NCBI GenBank assembly: GCA_052390235.1
Contig: JBQTHB010000002.1
Location: 160,001 to 224,000, forward strand
Source of the DNA: Deltaproteobacteria bacterium
GTDB taxonomy: Bacteria; Desulfobacterota_D; UBA1144; Nemesobacterales; CSP1-2
Length of the DNA: 64,000 bases
Reading direction: 5' to 3'
Positions 8,915 through 19,773 of the stretch are shown here, one piece after another. Within the stretch, counting starts at the first letter, position 1; each line of letters begins with the position of its first letter. The translations under genes and the position numbers were made by a program. The notes beneath the pieces were generated by a model that worked only from the letters and a program-made list of their open reading frames with translations, was not told the origin of the DNA and ran no database searches.

Positions 8915-9598
8915 ATGGGGCTACTGTCGAGGCTTTTCGGCATAGAAGAGAAGAAAAAAGCGGACGATAAAAAAAGACCAGCACCGGAAAAACCCAAATC
9001 AGACATAACGCCTCCGCTGATTAAAAGCGCCTCGGTCTCGGACTCGGAGAAAAACAGGGGCAGTGATTCGCCTTCTTCCAAACCCGTGAATACGCCAAAG
9101 CCCGCCGAGGTGGCAGAACCGCTTCCCGACGCTTCCTCGAAAACCGAGATTTCCAAGGCGGCGCAAAGCCCGAAGACCGAAAATATCTACCACCTTGATA
9201 TCATAGCGGACGACGGCTCAGGGGCGGATAAAATGAATATCGGGAGGGTGAAGATGACAAATCAAACAGAAAATAAAAACGCTTTCGCGCCCCCTGAAGC
9301 GGTGCAGGAGGCGAAGATTCTAGAAGTCCTAAGCGATGTCTATGACCCGGAAATCCCGATAGACATTGTAAATTTGGGGCTGATTTACGGCGTGGAAGTT
9401 CAGGGCGGACGAGTGGTTGTGAAAATGACTATGACCGCCCCCGGATGCCCGTCTTCGGCTCAGATGGCGGCCGAGGCAAAGGCGCTTATCGAGGAGCTTC
9501 CAGGCGTGAGGGAGGCGGCTATAGAGATTGTGTGGGAGCCGCCATGGGATCCAAGCCGCATGAGCGAGGACGCAAAGCAGAGCTTGGGATACGTTTAA
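8915..9598 (+). CDS. DUF59/SufT-like Fe-S assembly protein with a long low-complexity N-terminal extension
   Basis: VYDPEIPIDIVNLGLIY, MTMTAPGCP, VWEPPWDPSRMSE; SD GGAGGG before 8915. Confidence 0.82.
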   Translation: MGLLSRLFGIEEKKKADDKKRPAPEKPKSDITPPLIKSASVSDSEKNRGSDSPSSKPVNTPKPAEVAEPLPDASSKTEISKAAQSPKTENIYHLDIIADDGSGADKMNIGRVKMTNQTENKNAFAPPEAVQEAKILEVLSDVYDPEIPIDIVNLGLIYGVEVQGGRVVVKMTMTAPGCPSSAQMAAEAKALIEELPGVREAAIEIVWEPPWDPSRMSEDAKQSLGYV

Positions 9599-9767
9599 TC
9601 TCCCCCCTGATTGCGGCATTTTATCTCGCATCGCGCGCTCGCAAAATCGCCGCGTATTAGACCAGCCGCAGTTGCCGCGCCCGGTCGCGCTCTGCCTAGT
9701 GAATCCCTCGAGCTTGCGGGGTTTTCTGCGGCGATAATTCCCGGCGCATCAGGTAAATTTAGAGCCT

Positions 9768-11996
9768 ATGGATATTGAAATATCTAGGCTCGTTCTGCTC
9801 AATCCGCCGGGCATCTCCGAGTGGGTGGCAATTGCCCTTCTCCTTGCCGCTCTGATTTACCCATCGCTTAAAATGCGTACTCGAATTGCCTCTCCCCTCA
9901 AGCGGCTTTTGCTCGCCGCTCTGCGCTCTGCCTCGTTTGCCGCCGTCGCTTTCATAATGCTTGACCCTGCCCTCAGGGTCGAGAACTATAGAGAGGTCAA
10001 GCCCCGACTTGCCGTTTTAATTGATAGCTCGTGGAGTATGAACCTCGCCTCAGGGGGCAGCGAGGGAACGAGAATCGAAGCCGTGAGGGCTTTCCTCAGG
10101 GCGCACGAGGATTTTTTCTCTGAAGCCTCGCGCAGTTTCACCCTGAGCTATTACACCTTTGATGGGACTCTTGCCCCATCCTCAGCGGACTACTTTGCAT
10201 CAAATTCCCCCGCAGGCAAAACAACCGACATCGCCGCCGCTCTTATGAAACTGTCCGAGGGGGCGAGTAAGCCCGACGCCGCAATTCTCATCTCCGACGG
10301 GGCGGATTACTCTCGGTTCAATAGAGGCGGGGCGGCTGATGCCATTGCGGATTACCCGGTTTATACGGTTTCGGCTATCTCCTCAGGCGCAAATCAGGAC
10401 GTTTGGATAGATTCTCTGGAGGCGAGCGCGGTTGCGTTCCTAAAATATCCGATGCTGATAGACGTAACGGTTAAATCCACTGGGCTTAAAAGCCAAACCC
10501 TGCCCGTAACGCTCAAGGAAAACGGCAGTACCGTGTCCGTCTCAGAGGCCAGTATAACGTCGGATTCTGCTGAGTCGAGGGCGCGGTTCACGCTCTCGCC
10601 AAAATCCCTCGGCAGGTCGGTCTATACGGTTTCTATACCCGATATTTCGGGCGACCTCATAACTCAGAACAACGAAAAGTCCTTTGTCGTCAACGTGATA
10701 GTTGATAAAATCCGGGTTCTGCACGTGGCAGGAAGTCCCTCGTGGGACGTGAGATTCCTGAGGCGCGCGCTAAAGAGGAATCCTAACGTGGATCTTGTGG
10801 CGTTTTTTATCCTCAGGGAGGAGTCGGATTTCGTTTCCGCCCCTCAAAATGAACTGAGCCTTATCCCCTTTCCCGTGGATGAGATTTTCGGCGCGGAGCT
10901 TGAAACGTTCGACCTGGTTATTTTCCAGAATTTTGATTTCGAGCCTTACGGCATTTACGGTCATCACCTCGGAAATATCAGAGATTACGTGGCTGATAAA
11001 GGCGGGGCGTTTCTCATGATAGCAGGCGACGGCGGCTTCGGCGGGACGAATTACTCAGAGACTCCGATTTCAGAAATCCTCCCCGTAGAGATTAGAGACG
11101 AAATCCCAAGAACCCCGCTCGCTGAGCTAACCCCCCGACTGACCCCTCAGGGTTTGTATCATCCCGTGATGAGAATCGCCCCAGACGGCGGTAAGAACCG
11201 AGAGCTTTGGGAGGGGATGCCGCCAGTTTATGGGATGAACGGGGCATCGCTCAAATCCGGCGCTCTGGCATTGCTTGAGGGCGGCGATGGGAAACCGATA
11301 CTCGTCCTAAGCCGGGTGGGAGAGGGCAGGGCAGGCGCGTTTTTGTCAGATTCATCGTGGAGATGGAGCTTTAGTAAAGCCGGACAAGGGGACGCCGCTC
11401 CGTATTACGACAGGCTCTGGAATCGCCTGATTCTCTGGCTCATAAAAGACCCCTCTATCGGCGATGTGAGGGTTAGCGCGGACAGCGCCGTCTATAATGC
11501 CGGAGAGCGGCTTGGGGCAAACGTATACGTCTTTCGCAGGGACGCCTCCGCCGAGATAGAGCTATCTATGACTACCCCAAGCGCGGCAGAACTGCCGCTC
11601 GCCCTTGAAAACGCCCTCTCTTCGGATACTCTAAGCGCCGAGGCTGACCTCAGGGAGTTCGGGGCGTATTCCATCAAAGCGTCCGTCCGCTACCCTTCGG
11701 GCGGCGGAGCGGCTGAAGCCTCGGATGAGACGCGGTTTATCGTCGAGCCGCCTCAAGCTGAGATGCGCGGTCCTACGGCTGATGCCGATGCCCTCAAAGC
11801 CATCTCGCAGAAGACCGGAGGGCGTTTCATCACTGTTGGCGATAACCCCCGGAGCATGGGGATTGATTTCTCCCCCAAGCGGGTCGTTACTGGCTATAAG
11901 ACGGCTCGTATTTGGGACGGCGCTTATGTTTTTGTCCTTTTAGCGGGTCTGCTGTCGCTTGAGTGGGCGCTCGCGAGGAGATGGGGAGTTCGGTAG
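9768..11996 (+). CDS. Membrane-anchored protein with VWA-like and glutamine-amidotransferase-like (DUF1355-like) domains
   Basis: N-terminal TMs, LIDSSWSM (MIDAS-like), ILISDG, RVLHVAGSPSWDVRFLRRAL, C-terminal TM ending EWALARRWG. Confidence 0.7.
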   Translation: MDIEISRLVLLNPPGISEWVAIALLLAALIYPSLKMRTRIASPLKRLLLAALRSASFAAVAFIMLDPALRVENYREVKPRLAVLIDSSWSMNLASGGSEGTRIEAVRAFLRAHEDFFSEASRSFTLSYYTFDGTLAPSSADYFASNSPAGKTTDIAAALMKLSEGASKPDAAILISDGADYSRFNRGGAADAIADYPVYTVSAISSGANQDVWIDSLEASAVAFLKYPMLIDVTVKSTGLKSQTLPVTLKENGSTVSVSEASITSDSAESRARFTLSPKSLGRSVYTVSIPDISGDLITQNNEKSFVVNVIVDKIRVLHVAGSPSWDVRFLRRALKRNPNVDLVAFFILREESDFVSAPQNELSLIPFPVDEIFGAELETFDLVIFQNFDFEPYGIYGHHLGNIRDYVADKGGAFLMIAGDGGFGGTNYSETPISEILPVEIRDEIPRTPLAELTPRLTPQGLYHPVMRIAPDGGKNRELWEGMPPVYGMNGASLKSGALALLEGGDGKPILVLSRVGEGRAGAFLSDSSWRWSFSKAGQGDAAPYYDRLWNRLILWLIKDPSIGDVRVSADSAVYNAGERLGANVYVFRRDASAEIELSMTTPSAAELPLALENALSSDTLSAEADLREFGAYSIKASVRYPSGGGAAEASDETRFIVEPPQAEMRGPTADADALKAISQKTGGRFITVGDNPRSMGIDFSPKRVVTGYKTARIWDGAYVFVLLAGLLSLEWALARRWGVR

Positions 11997-12024
11997 CAAT
12001 TTCTATTATGGAGGAGGCGGCAAC

Positions 12025-12792
12025 GTGTTATTGGCGGTGGATGTGGGAAATACGAATATCGTATTTGGAATATTCAGAGGGAAAGAGATTCTAAACCACT
12101 GGAGGGTGGCTACGGATATAACCAAAACCTCGGACGAGTACGGAATCCTGTTCAGGAGTTTAATCGGGTTCAGAGGGATTGCCCCTGAATCAATTACTGG
12201 AGCGGCACTGTCCTGCGTGTTCCCCCCAGTGCTTGACACGCTGATTTCCGCACTGAAATTTTATTTCGGCGTATCGCCCGTCGTAATAGAGCCGGGAGTG
12301 AAAACCGGAATGCCGATACTCTATCATAACCCCAAGGAGGTCGGGGCGGATAGAATCGTAAACTCCGTAGCCGCCTACGACGAATATAAATCGAGCCTCG
12401 TTGTGGTTGATTTCGGCACGGCGACCACTTTTGACTGCATCTCCGAAAGGGGCGAGTATCTCGGAGGGGCTATTGCGCCGGGGCTTGGTATCTCGGCTGA
12501 GGCGCTCTTTCGCTCGGCGTCAAAACTACCCAAGGTCGAAATAGCCAGACCCAAGAGCGCGATTGGCAAGACTACGGTTCACAGTATGCAGTCGGGGATT
12601 GTTTTCGGCTATGCGGGGCTTGTTGACGGCATCGTGAAGAGAATAGAAAGAGAGATGGACTCGCGCCCAAAGGTCATTGCCACGGGGGGGCTGGCAAGAT
12701 TAATAGCCCCGGAGAGCAGAACCATCGAGGCAGAGGACGAGTTTCTTACGCTCAAGGGGCTTAGGCTGATTTATGACTGGAACGCGGCTTAG
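12025..12792 (+). CDS. coaX: Type III pantothenate kinase
   Basis: LLAVDVGNTN, VGADR, VVDFGTATT, GGAIAPG, IATGG. GTG start at 12025 after SD GGAGGAGG. Confidence 0.95.
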   Translation: MLLAVDVGNTNIVFGIFRGKEILNHWRVATDITKTSDEYGILFRSLIGFRGIAPESITGAALSCVFPPVLDTLISALKFYFGVSPVVIEPGVKTGMPILYHNPKEVGADRIVNSVAAYDEYKSSLVVVDFGTATTFDCISERGEYLGGAIAPGLGISAEALFRSASKLPKVEIARPKSAIGKTTVHSMQSGIVFGYAGLVDGIVKRIEREMDSRPKVIATGGLARLIAPESRTIEAEDEFLTLKGLRLIYDWNAA

Positions 12793-13162
12793 TTTTATTA
12801 TTCACGAACACGCGACGGACTGTCCGCACTACGATCTAAGGCTGCGGCTCGACGGGGGCGTGAAGTCGTGGATTATCCCCAAGGCTCTTCCCCTGTCTGC
12901 GGGCGATGAAAAGAGGCTTGCAGTTGAGGATTGGGGCGCACCGGCGGAGTTAATATCGGCGTCCGAGGGGATTATCGCAGACGGATACGGGGTCGGAGAG
13001 GCTAGTATCTGGGATGCAGGCGCTTATGAGATTTGCGGCAGGTCGAGGGTGAGGCTCGATTTTGAGGCTTGGGGCGGGAGACTGCGAGGCGGGTATGTTC
13101 TCCTCCTTCCGGGCTGGGGAACGTGGGGGAAGAGGAATCTCTGGGTGCTGATTAGGCGCTGA
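12773..13162 (+). CDS. Stand-alone LigD-type 3'-phosphoesterase domain protein (degenerate)
   Basis: FIIHEH..HYDLRL..DG.VKSW..PK, KRLAV, GYG.G...IWDAG.Y. Confidence 0.75.
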   Translation: MTGTRLSFIIHEHATDCPHYDLRLRLDGGVKSWIIPKALPLSAGDEKRLAVEDWGAPAELISASEGIIADGYGVGEASIWDAGAYEICGRSRVRLDFEAWGGRLRGGYVLLLPGWGTWGKRNLWVLIRR

Positions 13163-13287
13163 GGCGTTCTGCCCGGCACTCCGGCAGTGGACTTTATATT
13201 TTAGGGCTAATATTTATACTTAGGCGCTCGGAGGGTAACCTTTTTCCGAGTCGGCAGTTTCTACTATCAGACCCAATCGGGACGCAG

Positions 13288-13857
13288 ATGGAAAATGACA
13301 TTGAGCTTATGATGCGGGTTAAGGCGGGCGATAAATCCGCTTTTACAGAGATAATGAGGAGGCACTACAAGGGCGTGGTTAATTACATCTATAGATTCAC
13401 TTACAATAGAGAAACCTCCGAAGACCTCGCCCAGGAGGCGTTCATGCGCCTCTACCGCTCTGCGAAGCGCTACGAGGCTCAGGCGAAGTTCTCGACGTGG
13501 CTCTATAAAATTGCAACTAATCTGTGCCTCACCGAGGTTAAATCCAAGGGCAGGGACAGCAACTTAAGCCTCGATGAACTCGAAGAGAACACCGGCTCTC
13601 TCCCCGACCCGCGCTCGGACAAAGCCGACGACCTCATCTTCAGAAAAGAGATTAAGGACAAAATCTTCGAGGCAATGAAATCCCTGCCGGAGCGCGAGAG
13701 GCTGGCGATAATCCTATGCAAGTACGAGGAAACCCCCTACGAAGAGGTCGCCGAAATCATAGGATGCACCACAGGCGCGGTAAAGGCTTACGTTCACAGA
13801 GGGCGGATGAAGCTGATTGAAAAGCTAAAAGCTCACTTAGGGGGGAGAGGTCTATGA
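13288..13857 (+). CDS. ECF RNA polymerase sigma factor
   Basis: Region 2 (EDLAQEAF, FSTWLYKIATN) and region 4 (LPERERLAIIL, YEEVAEII...VKAYVHRGR). Confidence 0.93.
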   Translation: MENDIELMMRVKAGDKSAFTEIMRRHYKGVVNYIYRFTYNRETSEDLAQEAFMRLYRSAKRYEAQAKFSTWLYKIATNLCLTEVKSKGRDSNLSLDELEENTGSLPDPRSDKADDLIFRKEIKDKIFEAMKSLPERERLAIILCKYEETPYEEVAEIIGCTTGAVKAYVHRGRMKLIEKLKAHLGGRGL

Positions 13858-14369
13858 ACCACAAATGCGACGAGATTCAGGATTTAATCCTCGATTACCC
13901 AGAGGATAAATTAAGCCACTCGCAGCGGCTCGCCGTGAAATCCCATGTCGAGGGGGGTTGCCCGCGCTGCGGCGCGCTCCTTGCCGAGTCCAATCAAATG
14001 TGGGATCTTCTCGGCGGGATTCCAGAAATAGAGCCGAGGGCGGATTTCGCCGGCAGGTTTTGGGATAGGCTCGCCGAGGAGGAGGAAGAGCAAAAGGCTC
14101 GTGGCAGATTTCAGATATTCGATATTTTCAAAATGTGGAAGCTCAATTTCGCCAGGCTGGGAGCCGTAGCCGTGATATTCATCGCCGCTGCCGTGTCGCT
14201 TAATGTATTCGAGTCCGAGAGGGCGGTCGTGGTCTATACGGCAGAGGATAGAGCCGATGAGAAGCTACTCGGCGACATGGACAGGGCGGTGTCGAGGCAG
14301 ACAGCCGATATTCTCGATATCTATGGACCTTGGAGCATTGATATCGAACAGAACAACAAGGGGGGATAA
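13854..14369 (+). CDS. Zinc-binding (zf-HC2-like) transmembrane anti-sigma factor
   Basis: Overlaps the sigma stop (ATGA); N-terminal Cys plus HVEGGCPRC; one TM helix. Confidence 0.8.
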   Translation: MNHKCDEIQDLILDYPEDKLSHSQRLAVKSHVEGGCPRCGALLAESNQMWDLLGGIPEIEPRADFAGRFWDRLAEEEEEQKARGRFQIFDIFKMWKLNFARLGAVAVIFIAAAVSLNVFESERAVVVYTAEDRADEKLLGDMDRAVSRQTADILDIYGPWSIDIEQNNKGG

Positions 14370-14374
14370 GAAAA

Positions 14375-14779
14375 TTGAAAACGCAGTTGTATTTACCGTT
14401 GCTACTCGCTCTCGTCTGCTCGCTGACAAGTCTCGCTTACGGAGGCGAAAAGGGGATTAAGTGGTGGAAGAATCAGGAAATCGTAGCGGAACTCAACCTC
14501 TCTTCGGGGCAGGTCAGCTCCATAGAAAATATCTTTGCCTCGACTAGAGACAGGCTCATCTCCCTGACCTCGGAGCTTCGGCAAAAGGAAGGAGAACTGG
14601 GCAGTCTCATCAGAGACCCCAACGCCACTCAGCAGCAAGTCCTAACCCTTACCAACGAAGTGGAGGGCTTAAAAGGAGAGCTCAGAAAGAGCGAAGTGCG
14701 GATGTTTCTCGAAATAAGGGACGTTCTAAACTCCGAACAAAGGGAAATGCTCCATAAAATCAAGGGCAGATACAGGTAG
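14375..14779 (+). CDS. Periplasmic Spy/CpxP-like (heavy-metal sensor family) protein
   Basis: Signal peptide; WW...ELNLSSGQ and VLNSEQ (LTxxQ-like) repeats flanking a coiled coil. Confidence 0.75.
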   Translation: MKTQLYLPLLLALVCSLTSLAYGGEKGIKWWKNQEIVAELNLSSGQVSSIENIFASTRDRLISLTSELRQKEGELGSLIRDPNATQQQVLTLTNEVEGLKGELRKSEVRMFLEIRDVLNSEQREMLHKIKGRYR

Positions 14780-14848
14780 ATGACTGCGAGCCGCAGCGCT
14801 TTGCATATTTCCGGTTTACAGCCGCCGGGATTAAATTAAACTTAACCC

Positions 14849-16870
14849 GTGTCCTCAGTGTTTCGACTCAAATCCGATTTCACCCCCAAGGGCGACCAGC
14901 CCGCCGCCATTGACGCCCTCACACGCGGAGTCCTCAGCGGGCGGGAGCATCAAGCGCTTCTCGGCGTTACCGGAAGCGGAAAAACGTTCACCGTAGCCAA
15001 TGTCATAGCCCGATGCGGAGTCCCCGCCCTAGTGATAGCGCACAATAAAACCCTAGCCGCCCAGCTCTACGGAGAACTCAAAGACCTGTTCCCTGAGAAT
15101 TCCGTGCATTACTTCGTGAGCTACTACGACTACTATCAGCCCGAAGCCTATATCCCCTCAACCAACACATATATTGAAAAAGACGCCTCGATAAACGAAC
15201 ATATTGACCGCCTTCGCCACGCCGCAACCTCAGCTCTTTTTGAGAGAAGCGATGTGATAATAGTCTCAAGCGTGTCGTGCATCTACGGCATCGGAGCGCC
15301 GGAGGACTACTACGGGATGCTCATCTCGCTTGAAGAGGGAATGGCGATGGAGCGCGACGCTCTTTGTCTGAGGCTCGCTGAGGTTCGATACGAAAGGGCC
15401 GACCTAGAGCTTTATCGGGGGAGTTTCCGCGTTAAAGGCGATGTGGTTGACCTCTTCCCGGCGCACGAGGACGCATCCGCCGTGAGAGTGGAATTCTTCG
15501 GCGACGCCGTTGAATCCATCAAGCGGATAGACCCCCTAACGGGCAGGACTCTGGGCGCGTTTAAGAAGAAAATTATATTTCCCGCCACGCACTACGTCGC
15601 CCCGCGAAGCCGAATTACAAACGCCATAGAGGCAATTAAGCAGGAGCTAATCGAGAGAATCGCCTACTTTGACTCCAAATCCATGACGCCCGAGCGCGCG
15701 AGAATAGAAGAGCGCACCAACTACGACCTCGAACTGCTCTCTACCATGGGTTTCTGCCCCGGCATCGAGAACTACTCGAGACACATAGCCGCAAGGCGCG
15801 CCGGAGACCCGCCCTGCACCCTGCTTGACTACTTCCCCCCGCGCTCCCTCGTTGTAATTGACGAAAGCCACCAGACCGTGCCTCAACTCCGGGCAATGTA
15901 TCACGGCGATAGAAGCCGCAAGCTCACGCTCATCGAACACGGGTTTAGACTCCCCTCGGCGCTCGACAATCGCCCGCTCAACTTCCAAGAATTTGAGGCG
16001 AGGGTGAAGCGGACGATATTCGTATCGGCGACTCCGGCGGCTTATGAAATCGAAAAATGCGAAGGCGAGGTCATCGAGCAAATCATCCGCCCCACCGGGC
16101 TTGCCGACCCGCCCATAATAATCCGTCCCGCCGATAAGCAGGTGGACGACCTGCTGGATGAAATCCGAAGAAAAATCTCGCTTGGAGACAAAATCTTAAT
16201 TACGACCCTCACAAAACGGATGGCTGAGGATTTAACCGAATACTACAGGGACTACGGCGTGAGGGTGCGCTATCTGCACTCGGACATTGATACGATAGAG
16301 AGGATTCGCATAATTCGGGATTTGCGGCTCGATAAATTTGATGTCCTTGTCGGCATAAATCTGCTCAGAGAGGGGCTAGATATACCAGAGGTATCGCTCG
16401 TGGCGGTGCTTGACGCGGATAAAGAGGGATTTTTGCGCTCCGAGACCTCGCTTATTCAGATATTTGGCAGGGCGGCTAGAAACCTGCGTGGAGAGGTCAT
16501 ACTCTACGCCGACTCCGTTACGCAGTCCATGGCGAGGGCTATTGCCGAAACCAATAGGAGGCGAGTGATTCAGGAAGAATACAACAAAGCCCACGGAATC
16601 ACCCCCAGGAGCGTAGAGAAATCCGTCGGCGACATTCTCTCCTCCATTTATAATGCCGATTACTATACGGTTGCCGCCGAGGGGGGCTACCCCTACGACG
16701 CTGAGGATATTTCACCTGAGAATATAGGGCGCGCCGTTCAAGACCTCACAAAGGAGATGAAACTCGCGGCAAAGAATCTCGAATTCGAGCGGGCGGCCGA
16801 GATTCGGGACAGAATAAAAATCCTCAGAGACAGAGAACTCAAATACGCGGGAGAAATTAATCAATCATGA
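14849..16870 (+). CDS. uvrB: Excinuclease ABC subunit B
   Basis: [43 protein letters not shown]-terminal UVR motif [11 protein letters not shown]. Confidence 0.98.
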   Translation: MSSVFRLKSDFTPKGDQPAAIDALTRGVLSGREHQALLGVTGSGKTFTVANVIARCGVPALVIAHNKTLAAQLYGELKDLFPENSVHYFVSYYDYYQPEAYIPSTNTYIEKDASINEHIDRLRHAATSALFERSDVIIVSSVSCIYGIGAPEDYYGMLISLEEGMAMERDALCLRLAEVRYERADLELYRGSFRVKGDVVDLFPAHEDASAVRVEFFGDAVESIKRIDPLTGRTLGAFKKKIIFPATHYVAPRSRITNAIEAIKQELIERIAYFDSKSMTPERARIEERTNYDLELLSTMGFCPGIENYSRHIAARRAGDPPCTLLDYFPPRSLVVIDESHQTVPQLRAMYHGDRSRKLTLIEHGFRLPSALDNRPLNFQEFEARVKRTIFVSATPAAYEIEKCEGEVIEQIIRPTGLADPPIIIRPADKQVDDLLDEIRRKISLGDKILITTLTKRMAEDLTEYYRDYGVRVRYLHSDIDTIERIRIIRDLRLDKFDVLVGINLLREGLDIPEVSLVAVLDADKEGFLRSETSLIQIFGRAARNLRGEVILYADSVTQSMARAIAETNRRRVIQEEYNKAHGITPRSVEKSVGDILSSIYNADYYTVAAEGGYPYDAEDISPENIGRAVQDLTKEMKLAAKNLEFERAAEIRDRIKILRDRELKYAGEINQS

Positions 16871-18948
16871 GAATCTCCGAGGCGCTCGGTTTATTCACTC
16901 ACCTCATCGCGCTCCTAGGGTTTGCCGCCATAGGGTTTACAGGGCATATCGGCGCGCTCGGCATCGCGTTTTTTCTATTCTCTCTCGGCATCAGCTTTGC
17001 CAACGAGCGGCTCGGCAAACCCTACTACCTCAGCCAAAACATCGTAACTGTACTCGCATTCGCGCTTCTAGCTTATGTGCTGGGAGGGGTGTTTTTCCTC
17101 GGCGTCGAGGTGTTCGGCGCGATTTTGACATTTCTCGTCTATACGCAGGCGATAAAACTTCTGGGCAGAAAGGAGCTTCGGGACGTTACTCAGATATTTA
17201 TCCTCAGCTTCTTCCAGTTTCTCGCAGGCTCAATTCTCACGGTTGATTTCTCCTACGCCCTAGCGTTTGTTCTCTATGTCGTCGTGGCGCTGTGGGCTGT
17301 GATGACGCTTACGATAAAAAAAGAGTCCTCCGAGGCTGCAAACGAGGACGACCCGGCTGTGGTTACGCCCCTGTTCCTGAGTGCGAGCATCGTGGCGAGC
17401 GCGCTTATATTTCTGTTCACCGCTTTTTTGTTTATCTCTTTTCCGAGAATCAAGGCGGGGGTTTTCATGAGCGATTTTATAAGACCGGAGTTTCTTAAGA
17501 CCGGCTTCTCAGATGAGATAAAACTCGGCAGGGTGGGCGAAATCAAGCGCGATTCCTCTGCCGTGATGAGGGTTAGGATTCTCGATAACCCCTATCCGGT
17601 TCTGCCGCAATCTATCTACTGGAGGGGAATTGCCCTTGATGAATTCGACGGCGTGTCTTGGCGGGCTGGCGACTTTGACGCCGCTACCCACAAAGAGGGC
17701 AGGGACGGAGTGATTGCCGTCGGAAAAGCTAGGGGAGGGGTTCTCGCTCAAGAGATCATCACAGAGCCGTTAGACACGGATATTCTATTTGCCGCCGACG
17801 CTCCTGTGGGGTTTCGCGCACTCGCCTCAAAGAAAATCTCATCCGTAAACGATTCCTATATACTCCCCGGCAGGGCTTCTTTCCGGCTCAAATACACCGC
17901 CTATTCGGATTTATCCGCCCCTTCGCCCCAGGAGCTCAGCCGCGCGGGCGAGGATTATCCCCAATTCATCAAGGAGCGTTATCTCTCGCTCCCGCCGATT
18001 CCCGAAAGAGTAGGCGCGCTCGCTCTGGAAATAACCTCGCTTGAGAGGACGCCCTATGATAAAGCCATAGCCATTAAGAGGTATCTGCTCGCGAACATGA
18101 GCTATACGCTCACTCTCGACGGCGGCGACGGGGCTTTCCCGCTTGAGGACTTTCTCTTTGATAGCCGCGCGGGACACTGCGAGTATTTCGCCACGGCGAT
18201 GGTCGTCCTCCTCAGAGAGGCGGGAGTGCCGGCTAGAATCGTCAACGGTTTCCTCGGAGGGGAGTGGAACGAACACGGAGAGTTTTTCCTCGTGAGAGAG
18301 AGCGAGGCTCACTCGTGGGTGGAGGCGTATTTTCCCCAGAGCGGATGGGCGCTTTTCGACCCCACACCGGCATCAGACGCCGCCACAGGGGCGATAGCCG
18401 GCAGTCTAAAATATATAATCTCTTACTTCGATTATTTAAGATACAGGTGGAACAGGTACGTCGTGGATTTCAACCAGCGCGACCAAATCCGCATATTCAA
18501 CAACGTGCGCGATGGCTGGCGATGGCAGGGGGCGAAACTGAAAAATAGGTTTAATTTAGGGCTGAAATCTAACGTGAAAACTATTGCCGCCGCCGCCCTT
18601 GCCGCGCTTGGCCTATGGGTTTTATTTGCGATGCGGGGGAGGGCTAATAAATTCTTATTCCGACGCCGAGCGAGAATCGAAGGGGACGAGAGGGCGTCCC
18701 TAATATACCGGAAAGCGCTCTCGGTTCTATCGAAAAAGGGGATGAAGAAACCCGATTTTCTGACCCAGAGGGAGTTCGCCCGCGCTGTATCGGACGCCGC
18801 AGGGGAGTTCTCGCCGTTCTCTGAGCTTACGGAGCGGTACTTAGATCTCAGATTCCGCCAAGACCCTGCGACACAGGGGGAAATTGACGAACTGAAGTAC
18901 CTGCTGTCCAGTATCTCGAGCGGCACTAAAAAAACCAGCATCCGGTAA
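16867..18948 (+). CDS. Membrane transglutaminase-like protein (TgpA/DUF3488 family)
   Basis: N-terminal TM bundle, YWRG, catalytic triad motifs GHCEYFA, HSWVE, DPTP. Confidence 0.88.
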   Translation: MRISEALGLFTHLIALLGFAAIGFTGHIGALGIAFFLFSLGISFANERLGKPYYLSQNIVTVLAFALLAYVLGGVFFLGVEVFGAILTFLVYTQAIKLLGRKELRDVTQIFILSFFQFLAGSILTVDFSYALAFVLYVVVALWAVMTLTIKKESSEAANEDDPAVVTPLFLSASIVASALIFLFTAFLFISFPRIKAGVFMSDFIRPEFLKTGFSDEIKLGRVGEIKRDSSAVMRVRILDNPYPVLPQSIYWRGIALDEFDGVSWRAGDFDAATHKEGRDGVIAVGKARGGVLAQEIITEPLDTDILFAADAPVGFRALASKKISSVNDSYILPGRASFRLKYTAYSDLSAPSPQELSRAGEDYPQFIKERYLSLPPIPERVGALALEITSLERTPYDKAIAIKRYLLANMSYTLTLDGGDGAFPLEDFLFDSRAGHCEYFATAMVVLLREAGVPARIVNGFLGGEWNEHGEFFLVRESEAHSWVEAYFPQSGWALFDPTPASDAATGAIAGSLKYIISYFDYLRYRWNRYVVDFNQRDQIRIFNNVRDGWRWQGAKLKNRFNLGLKSNVKTIAAAALAALGLWVLFAMRGRANKFLFRRRARIEGDERASLIYRKALSVLSKKGMKKPDFLTQREFARAVSDAAGEFSPFSELTERYLDLRFRQDPATQGEIDELKYLLSSISSGTKKTSIR

Positions 18949-19016
18949 TTTTTGTGGCATTTCCATTGAAGGATTGGGATTATGGCTTCCTAATTATCCC
19001 CAACCCACCTTGCCCC

Positions 19017-19520
19017 TTAGCCCGCCATCGGAGCTAGGAACAGGAACGATATAACCATAAAAATTATAAACCCTATTACCGAGACCAGAATCGCCCGGCC
19101 CGTCTCGCAGTCAAGAGCCTGCCTCACCGCAACTATGAACGCCACCAGTACCCAAATTGACACCGCGAACCTAGCGAGCCCCCCGATAACCGGCACGATT
19201 CCGACTATGCTCAAAATATTGGGGGCGAAGGCGAATCCCAAACACCGCAGAAGCTCCCCCATGTCGGATGTGTGCTTGAGTGCCTTCACTCCGATGAGAA
19301 ATATAATGAGACTCCACAAAACCCATCCGACGATTCCCGAAACAACTCCCGTAACGAGTCCCTTTGTTCCAAGCGCGCCGATGCTCCCGATGCCACTGCA
19401 TATACTGCCTAGAACGACTACCATAAGGGCCTGCTTTGTGGCGCTCTCGTCCCTCTCGACCTCCTCGTAGAGTGAAACGTCGAGTTTTGCCGCTCTTATC
19501 ATCTTATCTATCAAGCTCAT
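19017..19520 (-). CDS. YIP1-family integral membrane protein
   Basis: Multiple TMs; RAAKLD..LYEEVE.D...T.QA and AVRQALD motifs; SD AAGGAGG. Confidence 0.75.
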   Translation of the reverse strand: MSLIDKMIRAAKLDVSLYEEVERDESATKQALMVVVLGSICSGIGSIGALGTKGLVTGVVSGIVGWVLWSLIIFLIGVKALKHTSDMGELLRCLGFAFAPNILSIVGIVPVIGGLARFAVSIWVLVAFIVAVRQALDCETGRAILVSVIGFIIFMVISFLFLAPMAG

Positions 19521-19723
19521 GACCTGCCGCCTCCTTGAAGTTTTGGGGTTTTCCCTAATATATAAGCCAGTATTTAATCGAATCTAAACCTATTTTATCA
19601 GATGGCGCTTGAATTATCACCTCCCCGCTAATAATATTTTCCCTAGCGGCTTATGAACCCCCCCATCAGGAGCGGACTTGCTCTCTCACTTGTATTTGGG
19701 TAACATCCACAACGTTGGGCGCG

Positions 19724-19750
19724 AAGCGGGTTTGATACCCGCTTTTTTAT
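19724..19750 (+). terminator. Intrinsic terminator/attenuator in the rimP-nusA leader
   Basis: AAGCGGG-TTTGATA-CCCGCTT followed by a T-tract, about 25 nt before the rimP start. Confidence 0.7.
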
Positions 19751-19773
19751 TTGCTTTTTTGGGGAGCGATAAT

